A stretch of 31,915 nt of DNA from Octopus sinensis (GCF_006345805.1 NW_021832747.1:1-31915); one strand, 5' to 3'; positions 11,184 through 22,739 are shown, numbered from the stretch's first letter. Notes: generated by a model not told the origin, from the sequence alone. Numbers and translations are program-made.

Positions 11184-11374
11184 TTCTACTATAGACACAA
11201 AGCCTGGAATTTTTTGAGAGAGGGATAGTAGATTACCTCGACCACATAGTTCAATTGGTACTTATTTTATCGATCCTGAAGGATGAAAGGCAAAGTCGAC
11301 CTCGGCGGAATTTGAACTCAGAACGTAAAGACGGACGAAATATCGTGCTAACGATTCTGTCAGCTCACTGCCTT
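11184..11374 (-). mobile_element. SINE family B (tail type B2)
   Basis: Reverse complement of the B head and core; tail TTCTACTATAGACACAA.GCCTG.AATTT matches the 28209 copy rather than B1. Confidence 0.8.
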
Positions 11375-11832
11375 AAGGCTAAACAATAATAGCAATAACA
11401 TACAGGTATTAATTCGAATGCAGAATTCAAAGACTTTGAATTGGTCTCTTGTCAGGTATTGAACCCCGATCTCACTGCATCGATCTATTGCCCCACCTCT
11501 TTTCTTTTCATTTTCTTCCGATAGATTGCACTGGGAGGCTGTTTAAGAAGATTTTAATATGTCTGAAGTTCTAATTTGCTAAAGTGCTTCTTCTTCGCAG
11601 TGAAATAGTTTATAGGACGGGACGGGACGGAACTGAACTGTAATTTGCTGTCAGTTCGATGCATTAATGAATGCGAAGCTTAAGATTTGATGGGCAGATA
11701 AAGAATCATAAATTATCATGTTTTTCCCAAGATTCTCATCAGGACATTTCCAAAGACGTAATGGGCCTTCTTCCTTTTCTTTTCTTCAATAAAACTCATT
11801 AAAACGGTGAACAATAAGCAGAAACGAACGCG

Positions 11833-11836
<4 letters not shown>

Positions 11837-11885
<49 letters not shown>

Positions 11886-12016
11886 ACACGCGCACATACA
11901 CACACACACACACACACGCACAAACACACACACACACATACACACACGCACTTACACATACACACACACACTCATACACACACACACACATACACACACA
12001 TACACACACACACGTG
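11837..12016. repeat. (CA)n compound microsatellite
   Basis: Direct reading. Confidence 0.95.
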
Positions 12017-12750
12017 TGCACTGCACGCTCATACTAATGCACACATATACATTGACACAGATTCGGCATGTTTGACAAAAGTTTTGATTTGAATGGACGA
12101 TGGAGAGATATTCTTCGTCTCCAAGACTATTCAAGTCAACTATATAAACCAATATTGCTGTGTGAAAAGCAACGGTGTTATTTACGGAAGAATGATGTCG
12201 AGTTCACGTGATTTCTGTAGAAATTCTTTTGAAAAGGATTAATTTAATCCGTATCGCTTTTCACAATCATGTGATATTGTGACGTCAGCGATGAAGAGAA
12301 TTTGAACGGTAAAGTTGAAATATGAGACGTTCTGATGTCAAGTGAAGGCGAATTCTAAATATTCGAACAACAAACATATCCGACCTGTTGACATTAGATG
12401 AACATTTCAATAGGAAAAAAAAAGAAGAAAAAGAATGAAAGTGAAAATTACTCTGATCATAGTCAACGGGACACAATGCTACGTTATATTATCATGTTTT
12501 GAGAGAGAGGGAGGATGAGAGAGAGAGAGAGAAGGAGATGGACAGGGTGAGAGAAAAAGTGCATACAGGGAGGGAGAGAGAGAGTGAGAGGTGAAAGGAG
12601 TTTGAAGCAAGATTGAAAGCATTTTATAGCATATAGAATTTTATGTTGGGGCCTACCAACCAGATGGTATATCTATCTATCTATCTATCTATTTCTTTCT
12701 GTATCTTTCTCTTCTCTCTGCACACACATGCACACACACCACACACACCA

Positions 12751-12793
<43 letters not shown>

Positions 12794-12954
12794 ATATATA
12801 TATTCAGATAAATGCATATATGTATATATGTATATATTTATAACATACATAAAAATATATGTTCATACACGTGTGTATGTGTATGTGTGTGCGTGTATGT
12901 GTGAGTGCATGTGTGCATGTGTGTGTGTGTGTTTTTTTTATGTATGTATGTATG

Positions 12955-15900
12955 TTCTCTTATTTGAAATCTTCCTGTCAGGAAGGGCTTGTCTTCTAAC
13001 AGAAGTATCAAGCCCCGTCGTTGTAATGTAATGTTGATAACAAAACTAAATTTTTATATTAAACTTGAGGAAAGTCTTCCATATTTTTACTGTTTCACTA
13101 AAAAGATTGTGCTTGTAACGTGTGAAGTAGCTGGTTGATTTCTTTTCCTGAAAACCCTAATTAATTCAAAATATCACTTAGATATTTACCCACAAAACCA
13201 AGTGCACCAATTATCATTGGTATTCATCTGATAAAGACAAGAGTTTTCGAAGCAGTTGTCCGTAGTTATCCTCTTTCACTTCGAAAACCAGCTGATGGAC
13301 ATGGTAGTACATGCTATTTCTTGTCTGTCGCAGACAATCATATCCAGTCTAACATGTTTACACTTGACAGAAGTTCTGATGAGAATGTTCTGTCCATATT
13401 CCTTGTGTTGATGTTGGCTCATGTGTTGAATAATTCTCTATATTTATTTATGGACAGTTTCTTCTTCGAATGGTATTGTATATCGATTTTGCGGCGACAT
13501 CGTGTTGCATAGAGAGATCTTCCATATTTTGTTGACATTTTTGGGCAGCTGCTAATCACATATATGGGGTCCTACACAGAAATATGACGTAACCAATATT
13601 TTCAGTCTCAGCTTGGGACACCAAGGCTTTCACTGTCTTGTTTAATTTAATATTTCGTAGAAATCTCCTGTTCTTGGAATGTAAATGCATAGCTTTCGAC
13701 ATATGATGAAAACCGTCTCGAGTCCAAGAGAGTGCTCTTCATGCCGATATCACTGTCTTTTTCAAGTCTTCGAGAAACTACCCACACATAGACTTTTCTG
13801 AGCGTTTAACATTCATCTCTTTTTGAGGTATGTTAGTCCGGTTGTTTGGGGTTGTAGAGAGCGCTTCTCGAGAATCTCACTGCCGATACGTAGGATGTTG
13901 TTCTCTTCACCATTCTGAACCATGTTTGTGTATTTATTTTTTTGTTGTCATTGTGTTTTCAGATGTTGTATGAGAGAGGTTGTCGGCACTGGTCTCAAGT
14001 CCCTACATCCTTCATCGTTTCTTAAGTAGGGCCTGTCGACCTTACTGTTTCCAGGAATTTCCAGTTGATGTCAGGATATTGCATGTTTTAATGTCTATAG
14101 AGTGGATTGCCTCTACAGACCAGTCAAATATCCCAAATGTTGGAACCAGCTCTGGTACAGAAAAGGTTTTGTGGAATATTACTTAGTTCTGTTATAAGCC
14201 TGGTATAATATCCTCGGAGCATTCTATCTTTATTCACTGCGCCTTTAGGTATTAGCAGCGTTCTTTGTGAGGAACAGGTGAGATAATGCACAGTTTTGGA
14301 GGTCTGGGTGGGTGCCGATTTTCTAAATTCAACAATTAAATACGTGCACTTCTTTTGACCAAATTCCATTCCTAAATCAGCTGCAAATGTTATTACTAAC
14401 TCCAGCTGCTTTAGTATTACTCTTTTACTTGTTTCAATCATTTGACTGTGGCCATGCTGGAGCACCACATTTATTCGAGCAAATCGACCCCATGACTTAT
14501 TCTTTGTAAGCCTAGTACTTATTCTATTGGTCTATTTTGCCGAACCGCTAAGTAACGGGAGCGTAAACACACCCGCATCAGTTGTCAAGCGAGGACACAT
14601 ACACACAAACACACACACATATATATACATACATATACATATATACGACGGGCTTCTTTCAGTTTCCGTCTACCAAATCCATTCATAAGGCTTTGGTCGG
14701 CCCGAGGCTATAGTAGAAGACACTTGCCCAAGGTGCCACGCAGTGGGACTGAACCCAGAACCATGTGGTTGGTAAGCAAGCTACTTACCACACATCCACT
14801 CCAGCGCCTAACATTATTAACAATTTTAGGATAAATCTTCAGGTCATTTTAAAAGAAACATTATGGACTACATTGATATCTCTAGCGTTGTAGTCCCTAG
14901 CTTGTTGCTATTTAAATTCTATAGCAGCAAAGCCAAAATGAACAGAATTGCAGAAAGACTGTCTCCTTGGAATATTTCCTTTCAAACATTTATAACACTG
15001 GAGACGATCGTATCGTTCTCAGTTGTAAGGGGTGAGACTTGTTGACCCGATCTTTGTGAGCCTCTTAATATCAGCAACTGAGGTAGCAGTTACTTTTTCC
15101 AGATGTAGACATTTCAGCAGCCATGAATGTGGAATAGATTTGAATGCTTTGCTATAATAAAAACCTTACTACATGGATTCTACGGTGTTTTCCTACTTGA
15201 GACACTAAAGCTTTGTTTATCAAAAGTTATTTGGCACAACCTCAAACTCCTTTCCACCTACCTGCACATCACAATGTTGTTGGACTCACAATGATCCTGA
15301 AGGAATTGGTTGAAGCAGCCCGTGTACAGCTTGTGCATAATGGTTAGGTAAGTAATGGAATTATAGCTTTCTGTCAACGCAGTTGTCATTCTTAGCTACA
15401 AAATTTGTATGTTCCATAGCAAGCCAATTTGGTATGTCAATCTGACCTTCCATAGTCATTTTGAATATACATTTTATTGTATTTCTGTAAAATGTCGGCC
15501 GCTCGTACCAATATTCAACTATTAGGTCTTTTCCAGGTGCCTTCTCATTATGTAGTTTGCCTACAGTTATAGTGAAAGTTTTCATGTCAATTGCGTATGT
15601 TTTACTGTCGATATTGGCACAGCCTTCTCTCCTAACTGCATTTGGCCACGATGCATTAAAGTTGAAAACTCTGTTTTCATTCCAGATTTTATACCAGAAT
15701 GATTTATGATCTTCTTGAGTGTGGTGGGATGCTTTCTTAGCAGTAAAGGTTTCTTTCCTCATCTCTCTGTATTAACCCCGTGGCTTGGAAGTAAACTTGT
15801 TATTTATACAGGCTGGTTACTACTCTGTCTCTTCTTGGGATTTTATATTTAACTAATACTACAATTCCCAAAGGAGGGACTTACTTTGGTTAACCTATTT

Positions 15901-16094
15901 AAGCCCTCATTATTCAGCGTTTCCCTTGCAATGACTTTGCTCTTCAGGTAGGGGTAAGAGTGTACATATTTCAAATAACGATTCTTCACTTTTATTTGAT
16001 TCCCTGAAAGAATGTGCATAGGATGAGCTTCAATCCATTTCTTTGCCTTGCTTGGTAAATTAACCGTCTTCTTTAGATTTATGGTAAGACCTAG
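12955..16094 (-). mobile_element. Decayed RLE-type non-LTR retrotransposon (Dong/R4-like): RT, zinc-knuckle remnant, restriction-like endonuclease
   Basis: Minus-strand peptides with stops and frameshifts: FWYKIWNE...KAPGKDLIVEYWY...IPNWL (15361-15762), YSKAFKSIPHSWL (~15115-15155), IFQGDSLSAILFILAL (~14930-14975), broken F.xDDLKIY (~14830-14860), DLGMEFGQKKC (~14345-14378), VISSCPKM and HDVAAK (~13480-13565), KCKHVRLDMIVCD (PD motif as LD, ~13325-13365), IPMIIGALG (~13198-13224), terminal KIWKTFLKF. Confidence 0.9.
14417..14808 (-). mobile_element. Full-length SINE family A nested in the RT of the Dong/R4-like element
   Basis: Complete head-to-tail A copy splitting the RT between DLKIYPKIVNNV and LKQLELV; no convincing TSD seen. 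Confidence 0.92.
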
Positions 16095-16500
16095 GGCTCA
16101 TGTGGCTGTGTGATAAGAAGCTTGCTTCCCAACCACATGGTTACATGGTTCCGGGTTCAGTCCCGGGCGCAGTGGCGCCTTGGGCAAGTGTCGTCTGCTA
16201 TAGCCTTGGGCCGACAAAAGTCTTGTGAGTGGATTTGTTAGACGGAAACTGAAAGAAGCCCGTCGTATATATGCATACGTATGTATTTGTGTATTTGTGT
16301 CTGTTTGTCCCCCAACCACTACTATCGCTTGACAACCAATGTTGGTGTGTTTACATCCCCCTTAATATAGCGGTTCAGCAGAAGACACCGATAGAATAAG
16401 CACCAGGATTACAAAGAGTAAGTCCAGTGGTCGATTTCTTCGACTAAAAGGCGGTGCTCCAGCATGGCTACAGTCAATTGACTAAAACAAGTAAAAGAAT
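16095..16500 (+). mobile_element. Full-length SINE family A
   Basis: Head with an 8-bp internal duplication ACATGGTT, core, internal tract and tail ending GTAAAAGAAT. Confidence 0.9.
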
Positions 16501-16564
16501 ATACACACACACGCACGCATGCACACACACACAAACACACACAAACATACACATACACAGATTT

Positions 16565-16712
16565 TTCCCTGTTTTAGACTGCGGCCATGCTGGGGTAACA
16601 ACTTGAACAATTTCTTGAATCGACCGCAGTACGTTTTTTTTTTCTTTTGTAAAACCTAGTATTACTCTATTCTTTGACGAAGCGCTAAGTTAGGGGGACG
16701 TGAGACACAAAC
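16565..16712 (-). mobile_element. Degenerate SINE family A-type 3' tail
   Basis: GACTGCGGCCATGCTGGGG...CGCTAAGTTAGGGGGACGT, reverse complement of the A tail. Confidence 0.6.
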
Positions 16713-16755
16713 ATTAAATACATACACAGACATAATTATATATATATACACACAC

Positions 16756-16823
<68 letters not shown>

Positions 16824-16827
16824 TATA

Positions 16828-17030
16828 AAGTTAATCCAAACAAGAAAACAAAAAACACAACAACGCAAGGACGTGGAACAAATACAGTATTATTGGACGC
16901 TCAGGAAAGAAGGGAAGAAGGAGGGTTTAACGTTTCGAGCGGAGCTCTTCGTCGGAAACATAGGAGAAGGAAAGATCCCGAGAAGGGAAGACAGAGGAAA
17001 AAAATCGCCAGTGGTACTCACGAGGTCACA
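16828..17030 (-). mobile_element. Penelope-like terminal-repeat fragment carrying a hammerhead-like motif
   Basis: Homologous to the 4675 and 5495 copies; its minus-strand 3' end runs into (TA)n; boundaries approximate. Confidence 0.55.
16925..16959 (-). ncRNA. Minimal type I hammerhead-ribozyme-like motif with atypical core
   Basis: GUUU-CCGACGA-A-GAGC(UCC)GCUC-GAA-ACGU-U-AAAC; U4 replaced by C. Confidence 0.45.
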
Positions 17031-17149
17031 TACTGAAAGACGGAAGTAGTAAGGTAGAAGAATAATATATATTAATAGGTGGTGCTATTAAGTTAGACAT
17101 GGCCTGGGCCAATAATGGCCGAAACCTATCAAAGTATCAAAGTATCAAA

Positions 17150-17184
<35 letters not shown>

Positions 17185-17187
17185 CCG

Positions 17188-17234
<47 letters not shown>

Positions 17235-17360
17235 TGTATGTATATATATTGAGGATGTAATTCCCTCGTTAAAGATTGTAAAATCCAGAGATCAACTGGT
17301 GTTATCGATTTATATATTGAGAGAAAATTCTGTAATACATAAGGATAAACAGATCAATAT

Positions 17361-17631
17361 AGTGTTATGTTAATATGGTAAAATTCGGTCATACTGTGGG
17401 GTTCTTTTCCATCTATAACTCTTAACATGATTCGAATGCTGATGATCCAAGCACTGTTCATCCAGTGGCCGGATGGAAACATGTGTAGGCACTTTTTATA
17501 CTTATTTTTTATGATTTCCTTTAAAATCTTATATGTATTATATTGTTTGATATGTTCTCATCGTGATACACATAAAATTAAATACGTATCCGCTACATTT
17601 CTTCTCCATGATCTTATATTAACATAACACT
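17361..17631. repeat. Segment bounded by a perfect 16-bp inverted repeat
   Basis: AGTGTTATGTTAATAT (17361-17376) and ATATTAACATAACACT (17616-17631). Confidence 0.7.
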
Positions 17632-17683
17632 GAATAAATACATACATAGATACATACACACACACACAACTATAATATATATA

Positions 17684-17745
<62 letters not shown>

Positions 17746-18166
17746 TGTGTGGTGTGTTGTTGTGTGTATAACAGGTCTTCTAGCGATATCATTGAGAGTC
17801 CAAGAGTTGCAGAATTCTACAGCGTACTTTTCCCATCAATTCCTACAACAGGTCAAAGATGCTGAACAGTCAACATGCTATGTATCACTACTACTTCTAC
17901 TACTACTACTACTACTACTGCTACCATGCATATTGGATAAAGTGCTTTTGTTTATTTGTTATTGTTGTTGTATTTTTTTTCGCCCCTTAAATAAAGCCAT
18001 CCAACCAAAATCCATGCTCTTTCACAAGTGGTCAGATAAGATAAAATACTTTACAACAAAAAAATCTGTTTCAGGTTTTTGATATGTTTGTAATCCGACA
18101 AAGAGGCTGGACTGCGAAGGATATTTAAACGACTATAAAATACCTATGCCTGTATTCATTCATGTT

Positions 18167-18217
<51 letters not shown>

Positions 18218-18300
18218 GTATATATATACAGATGTATGGGTACATATGTATATGTGGATGTATATATTTACGCATTTATATGTATACATGTATTTATGTG

Positions 18301-18335
<35 letters not shown>

Positions 18336-19144
18336 ATGTATATACACATACATACATGTATGTGTGTCTGTGTGTGTGTAGACATATATTATGTGTGTAT
18401 GCGTGTATATTTGTGTCTTCAGTACTCCGTCAGGGACACCTCACATCCTCATAGTTCATAAGTCCTCATTTAATACTTAAATCTTATCGCTTTCCAAGAG
18501 CAGCACATTTTATTTATTTCGACAAATATTCTCTCGTCATACATTAAAGACACAATCTCTTTACTGAACTCTAAAATTCTTCTTTCTTTTTATTATTTGA
18601 TTGGGTGGTGGGGCGTGAAACATGTATCTACATTATTTTTGCTGTTGTAGGTATTTTTGTTGTTGATGTTTTTTTCTAATTGTTGCTGGTGATTAGGCAC
18701 AGTTGACAAGCACTGATCCAGAAGATCTACGATCAAAATCATTTTAGATGTGGTTATACCACCTTGCTACGAGTATCTAGGAGTACATTATTTAAGATCA
18801 CTTTCCTATTTATAAACATTAGAGTTTGATGAAATGCAGAATATCGTTGCTATTTCTTGCAGACACAAATTCCCAAGTAGAACTTCATGCCGAGAATTCA
18901 AGGTTGATTCATTCTGATATTCATGTTAAGGATCCAGTTTTAGAGTTCAGGAGTTTTGCAGTGTATGGAGTTGTCTTTCAGTCACCATTGCGATGTCAAT
19001 TTGTCTTTGAACCTTAAGGGAAAACCTTAAGGGAAAACTACCCAACATTTAATGAACAATTATGAGAGTGAATAATTAGGAAAACTTTTATTAGGCATTC
19101 TTTAATCAACCAAATTCCGTGTCTAATCCATTTAGATTGAAAGA

Positions 19145-19325
19145 AATATGGCTGCCTGGTTAGAGGTTTACTTTCCAACCACGTGATCTTAGTTTCTGTT
19201 GACTGTGTGGCGCTTTGGACAAGTGTCTTTTACTGTAGCTCCGGGACGACTAAAGATTTGTGAGTGGCTTTGGTAGACGGAAACTGAACGAATACGTCGT
19301 TTATATATATGTGTGTGTGTTTTTG

Positions 19326-19369
<44 letters not shown>

Positions 19370-19678
19370 CACCCATATATATCTTATATATATATATATA
19401 ATTCTAATATAATATATATCTATATATATATAATAATATAATATATATATATATATACATATATGTGTGTGTGTGTGTGTTTGTTCCCTACCACCGTTTG
19501 ACAACCAGTGTTTTGTGTTTACGTGCTTCTAATGTATCGTTTTAGCAAAAGACACCGTGAGCATATGTACCAGGTTAAAAAAATAAAATGAGTTGTGTGG
19601 TCGATTCGTGCGACTAAAATTCTTCAGGGCGGTGCCCCAGCATGACCGCATCCTAATGACTGAAACTAGTAAAAAAGT
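19145..19678 (+). mobile_element. Older diverged full-length SINE family A with an expanded internal microsatellite
   Basis: Diverged head and core, ~180-bp TA/TG tract (19301-19480), tail GGCGGTGCCCCAGCATGACCGC...ATGACTGAAAC. Confidence 0.82.
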
Positions 19679-19984
19679 ATAAATTTTTGAAAATTTTATG
19701 TATGAAAGGCCATAAATCTTGCACAGATTGACATTACAAATTTTGTCTTTTCAGGTATACTCACAGACGACATGCTAACTACGCTTATGAGACGTTTTCA
19801 CTTATTCTTTGTGGGGCCTATTAGGCTTCTCGGTCTCAGATCCTTAAATTAAATTGGAAAGTAACTATAGCTAGATTAACATTTTTCTTTTCAGTGTAAG
19901 AATACTTTCCATTCCCGACAAGATGCTGAAGTTTTTGAAAGGAGTCAATTCTTTTGTTAACTTATTTATATTATTGTCATTCAG

Positions 19985-20162
19985 CGAAGTTTGCTGCAGT
20001 AGTGCCTGCCAATGCCCCCAATGATGGGCCAAATAACAAAAGACGGTCCTTTTCCATATGCATGCCTCACACAGGACCACAGATGTGTGAAGATGCCCTG
20101 ATATCATTGACTCTGCCAAATATATTAAATAGGCCCTCTGGCTCAAGTGTAAGCTCGGTTGA
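19985..20162 (+). CDS. Possible internal coding exon of an unidentified gene
   Basis: Acceptor TTATTGTCATTCAG, donor GA|GTAAGT, only one open frame (KFAAVVPANAPNDGPNNKRRSFS...RPSGSSVSSV); no recognisable family. Confidence 0.22.
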
Positions 20163-20587
20163 GTAAGTGTTAGCTAAGTAAACTCTGGATAAACTGGCAG
20201 AAGGCAGCGGGAAACCACGACTGTATCTTTCATAGTGCATGGAGGTCTATGATCACCGACACCCGGAGCATTGCGCTTAAACAGTCGATGACTGTTTGAA
20301 GATACACAGGGAAGGAAATCCAACTAGCGGACGTTTTGTGGAGGAGAGGATTGGAAACAAAGGCGTAGTGAATGGCCTGGTCTCTGATGAGAGTGAAAGA
20401 ATGAGAAAGATGGAGCGGCAAAGAGAAAAAGAAAGAAAGAAAGAGCCTAAATCTGTAGATGTTGCTTTTTATACTAATCTACTCTTCAAGAGAATGTACC
20501 ACAAAGATACCAAAAATGTTCGTTCGATAATCTTAGCTTTGATCAGAAGAAACCTTTGCTTGAACACTCCTGGAAGACGCCAGTTTG

Positions 20588-20757
20588 AGTCGATTAAGTC
20601 CAATTCGGTACTTGACTGACACTTTATTTTATCGACCTCCAAGATAGAAAGAAAAAAGGTAAAGTCGATCTCAGTATGGTTATGAACTCAGAACTAAAAA
20701 TTTGGAAATCAAATGGTGCTGGATATTTTGTCCGACGCAGAAACGATTCGGCCAACA
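20588..20757 (-). mobile_element. Old degenerate SINE family B
   Basis: GTCGATTAAGTC...TTTTATCGACC...AAAGTCGATCTC...TGAACTCAGAAC remnants. Confidence 0.6.
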
Positions 20758-21364
20758 GTGTTTACTGTTGAGCGGAATAAATTCTATGACAAGAGGTTCT
20801 TTTATATTTGAATTTACATTCTGGGTCTGGAGGAAAGAAATGGTCAGAGCCTATGGTCTTCACAGATCCTCAGAAATAGATAAATGCTGCTAACTCCCCT
20901 TCAACTATTGCAAGTCGATGGCTGTAGGAAGATGCACAGACAGGAAATTCTAGAGAGCAAGCATTCCGAAGACGGGATTGTACGTAAAACGTTAGTGAAT
21001 GTCTTGGACAAAAAAAATTGTTAATGAGATAAAAACAGACAAGTGTAGAGAAGGCGCCTATGTGAGGACAGCCAACAATCAGAAGGGAACGATATAGATG
21101 AATGAGAAAAATCAGAAGGAGGTGTCAGTATATATAAGGGCTAGAAGTATGAGAGTATTTGTGAATGACTTTATCATATCAGTAGAGTGAATTTGTTTTC
21201 TTTTGTTACGGTCTAATATAGTTCTGTGTGTAAAATCCTAGACTCACTGCACTCTCAACTAATATTTCTAACTAGCTCAGTATCTTCTGCTTGTTACTTG
21301 CCGCACTGAGCCTAACTAGTTTCCTTGAAGTTTACTGTTTCACAGAGATATCTATACTGTTGTA

Positions 21365-21827
21365 GGATCTTTTCGGTTTGAACGGCAGTTTTTTTCTAGC
21401 GGTGTCATATGAAATTGTCACCTAGTATCGATCTATGACCCTAGTATCGATCTATTGCATTTCAATCTGTTTTAGGGTCAGGGTTAGTTAGGGTTAGGAT
21501 CAGGGTTAGAGTTAGGGTTAGGGTTAGAGGTGGGGGAAGGGTATCTTTTTTTCTTCACAAATGTAAATATACCCAATCTGTTTCATAAACGAGGTACATA
21601 TTCATACGGCACAGAATGTTTTTCACCTCAATAGACGTCATTGATTGGTTGAAATTGCAGAAATTGAAGAAAAAGAAACAACAAATATCTTACAAACTAT
21701 AGAATTTTCTCAATAGAGCCAAGAGAAAAAGATGTTTTATAAACACATTCTACCAGTATACGGAGTTTAAAATGTTTTAGTTACCTAGAAATTATGTTAA
21801 AAACTGCCGTTCAAACCGAAAAGATCC
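21365..21827. mobile_element. MITE / non-autonomous DNA transposon with perfect 29-bp TIRs, 5-bp TSD and an internal telomere-like array
   Basis: TIR GGATCTTTTCGGTTTGAACGGCAGTTTTT at 21365-21393 and its exact reverse complement at 21799-21827; TTGTA at 21360-21364 and 21828-21832. Confidence 0.9.
21472..21541 (+). repeat. Degenerate (TTAGGG)n array
   Basis: Four perfect TTAGGG units plus TCAGGG, TTAGGA and TTAGAG variants, then GTGGGGGAAGGG. Confidence 0.9.
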
Positions 21828-22179
21828 TTGTAGTAATGTAAATTGGGAAATAACAGTTTGCTTTTGACAAAGTAGTGTAGCAGATGATGTAAGTTTGAAA
21901 GGTGTTCGTTTTCATTAAAATGAGCTGATTGTTCTGTTAAGCTGGTTGATGCCACGGTTATCTTTGTTGCTTTTAGTGCTGTTGCCTTTGTCGTTTATGT
22001 AGTTCTTGTTTTATTATTTACAATACCTAATTCAGCACTTGATGATCAAACACTTTGTCAGACACCTTTCAGCTGTGACCATCATATCTAGTTTCTAGAA
22101 ATAATGAAAGTAAGACTATTTTATCCAATGTCTTCTTCCCTTATTAAGTTAACAGAGTGTAGCATGAAAGAGCTTAGAT

Positions 22180-22739
22180 CAGTGGTTCTCAACCATTCTT
22201 TATCTATTTGTTTGTTTGTTCCTTCTCGAGTCATATCCTGGATCATTAGGGCCGGTTTCCCGGTTTCCTTGGCGTATAGGTTCCCCAACTGCACGGGACG
22301 CCAGTCCGTCGCAGGTGAGCTGCAAGATGCAGGAGGAAAGAGTGAGAGAAAGTTGTGGCGAAAGTGTCAGCAGAAGTTCGCCATTAACTTCTACCGGAGC
22401 CGAGTGGAGCTTCGGTGTTTCGCTCATAAACACGCACATCGCACGGTCTGAGATTCGATCCCGCTATCCCTCGACCATGAGTCCGCTGCTCTAACCACTA
22501 GGCCATGTGCCTCCACATCTATGGACCCCTTTGATTACTATTCTATTGTGGTCGAGTCTCATCGCCATTCGATGTTTAAAAACTTATTTTAAAGACACTT
22601 CTTTGGCGTAGATTGAACTATGTAATACGTTAGAGAAAGAAACCTAGCGTCTTTTGCCCTAAATACATCCAAAGTAACATGGGCCCCGAAAATACTACTA
22701 ATATACAAAAATGCAACTAAACTACTTTGAGAACAGCTG
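22180..22739. mobile_element. hAT (Charlie-like) MITE interrupted by a SINE
   Basis: TIRs CAGTGGTTCTCAA and TTGAGAACAGCTG (11/13 match); 8-bp flanks GCTTAGAT and TTATAGAT fit an NNNTAGAN target; about 245 bp once the SINE is removed. Confidence 0.7.
22208..22516 (-). mobile_element. tRNA-derived SINE, family C3 (C2-type head and body, different tail), 6-bp TSD
   Basis: Head GTGGAGGCACATGGCCTAGTGG; body GAGTGAGAGAAAGTTGTGG shared with 678-1064; (AAAC)n tail; TSD ATCTAT at 22202-22207 and 22517-22522. Confidence 0.88.

Noticed and set aside
12205-12287. E-box CACGTG and perfect CRE TGACGTCA
   Set aside because: Short motifs expected by chance in 32 kb; no TSS, CpG island or gene context
17034-17056. 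TGAAAGACGGAAGTAGTAAGGTA resembles miR-71-5p
   Set aside because: No complementary arm on either side, so no hairpin; likely chance
20840-21130. Possible very old LINE C-terminal fragment
   Set aside because: Only vague peptide similarity (LQVDGCRK); cannot be supported by eye
21472-21541. True telomere or chromosome-fusion scar
   Set aside because: Short, degenerate, single orientation and enclosed by TIRs and a TSD
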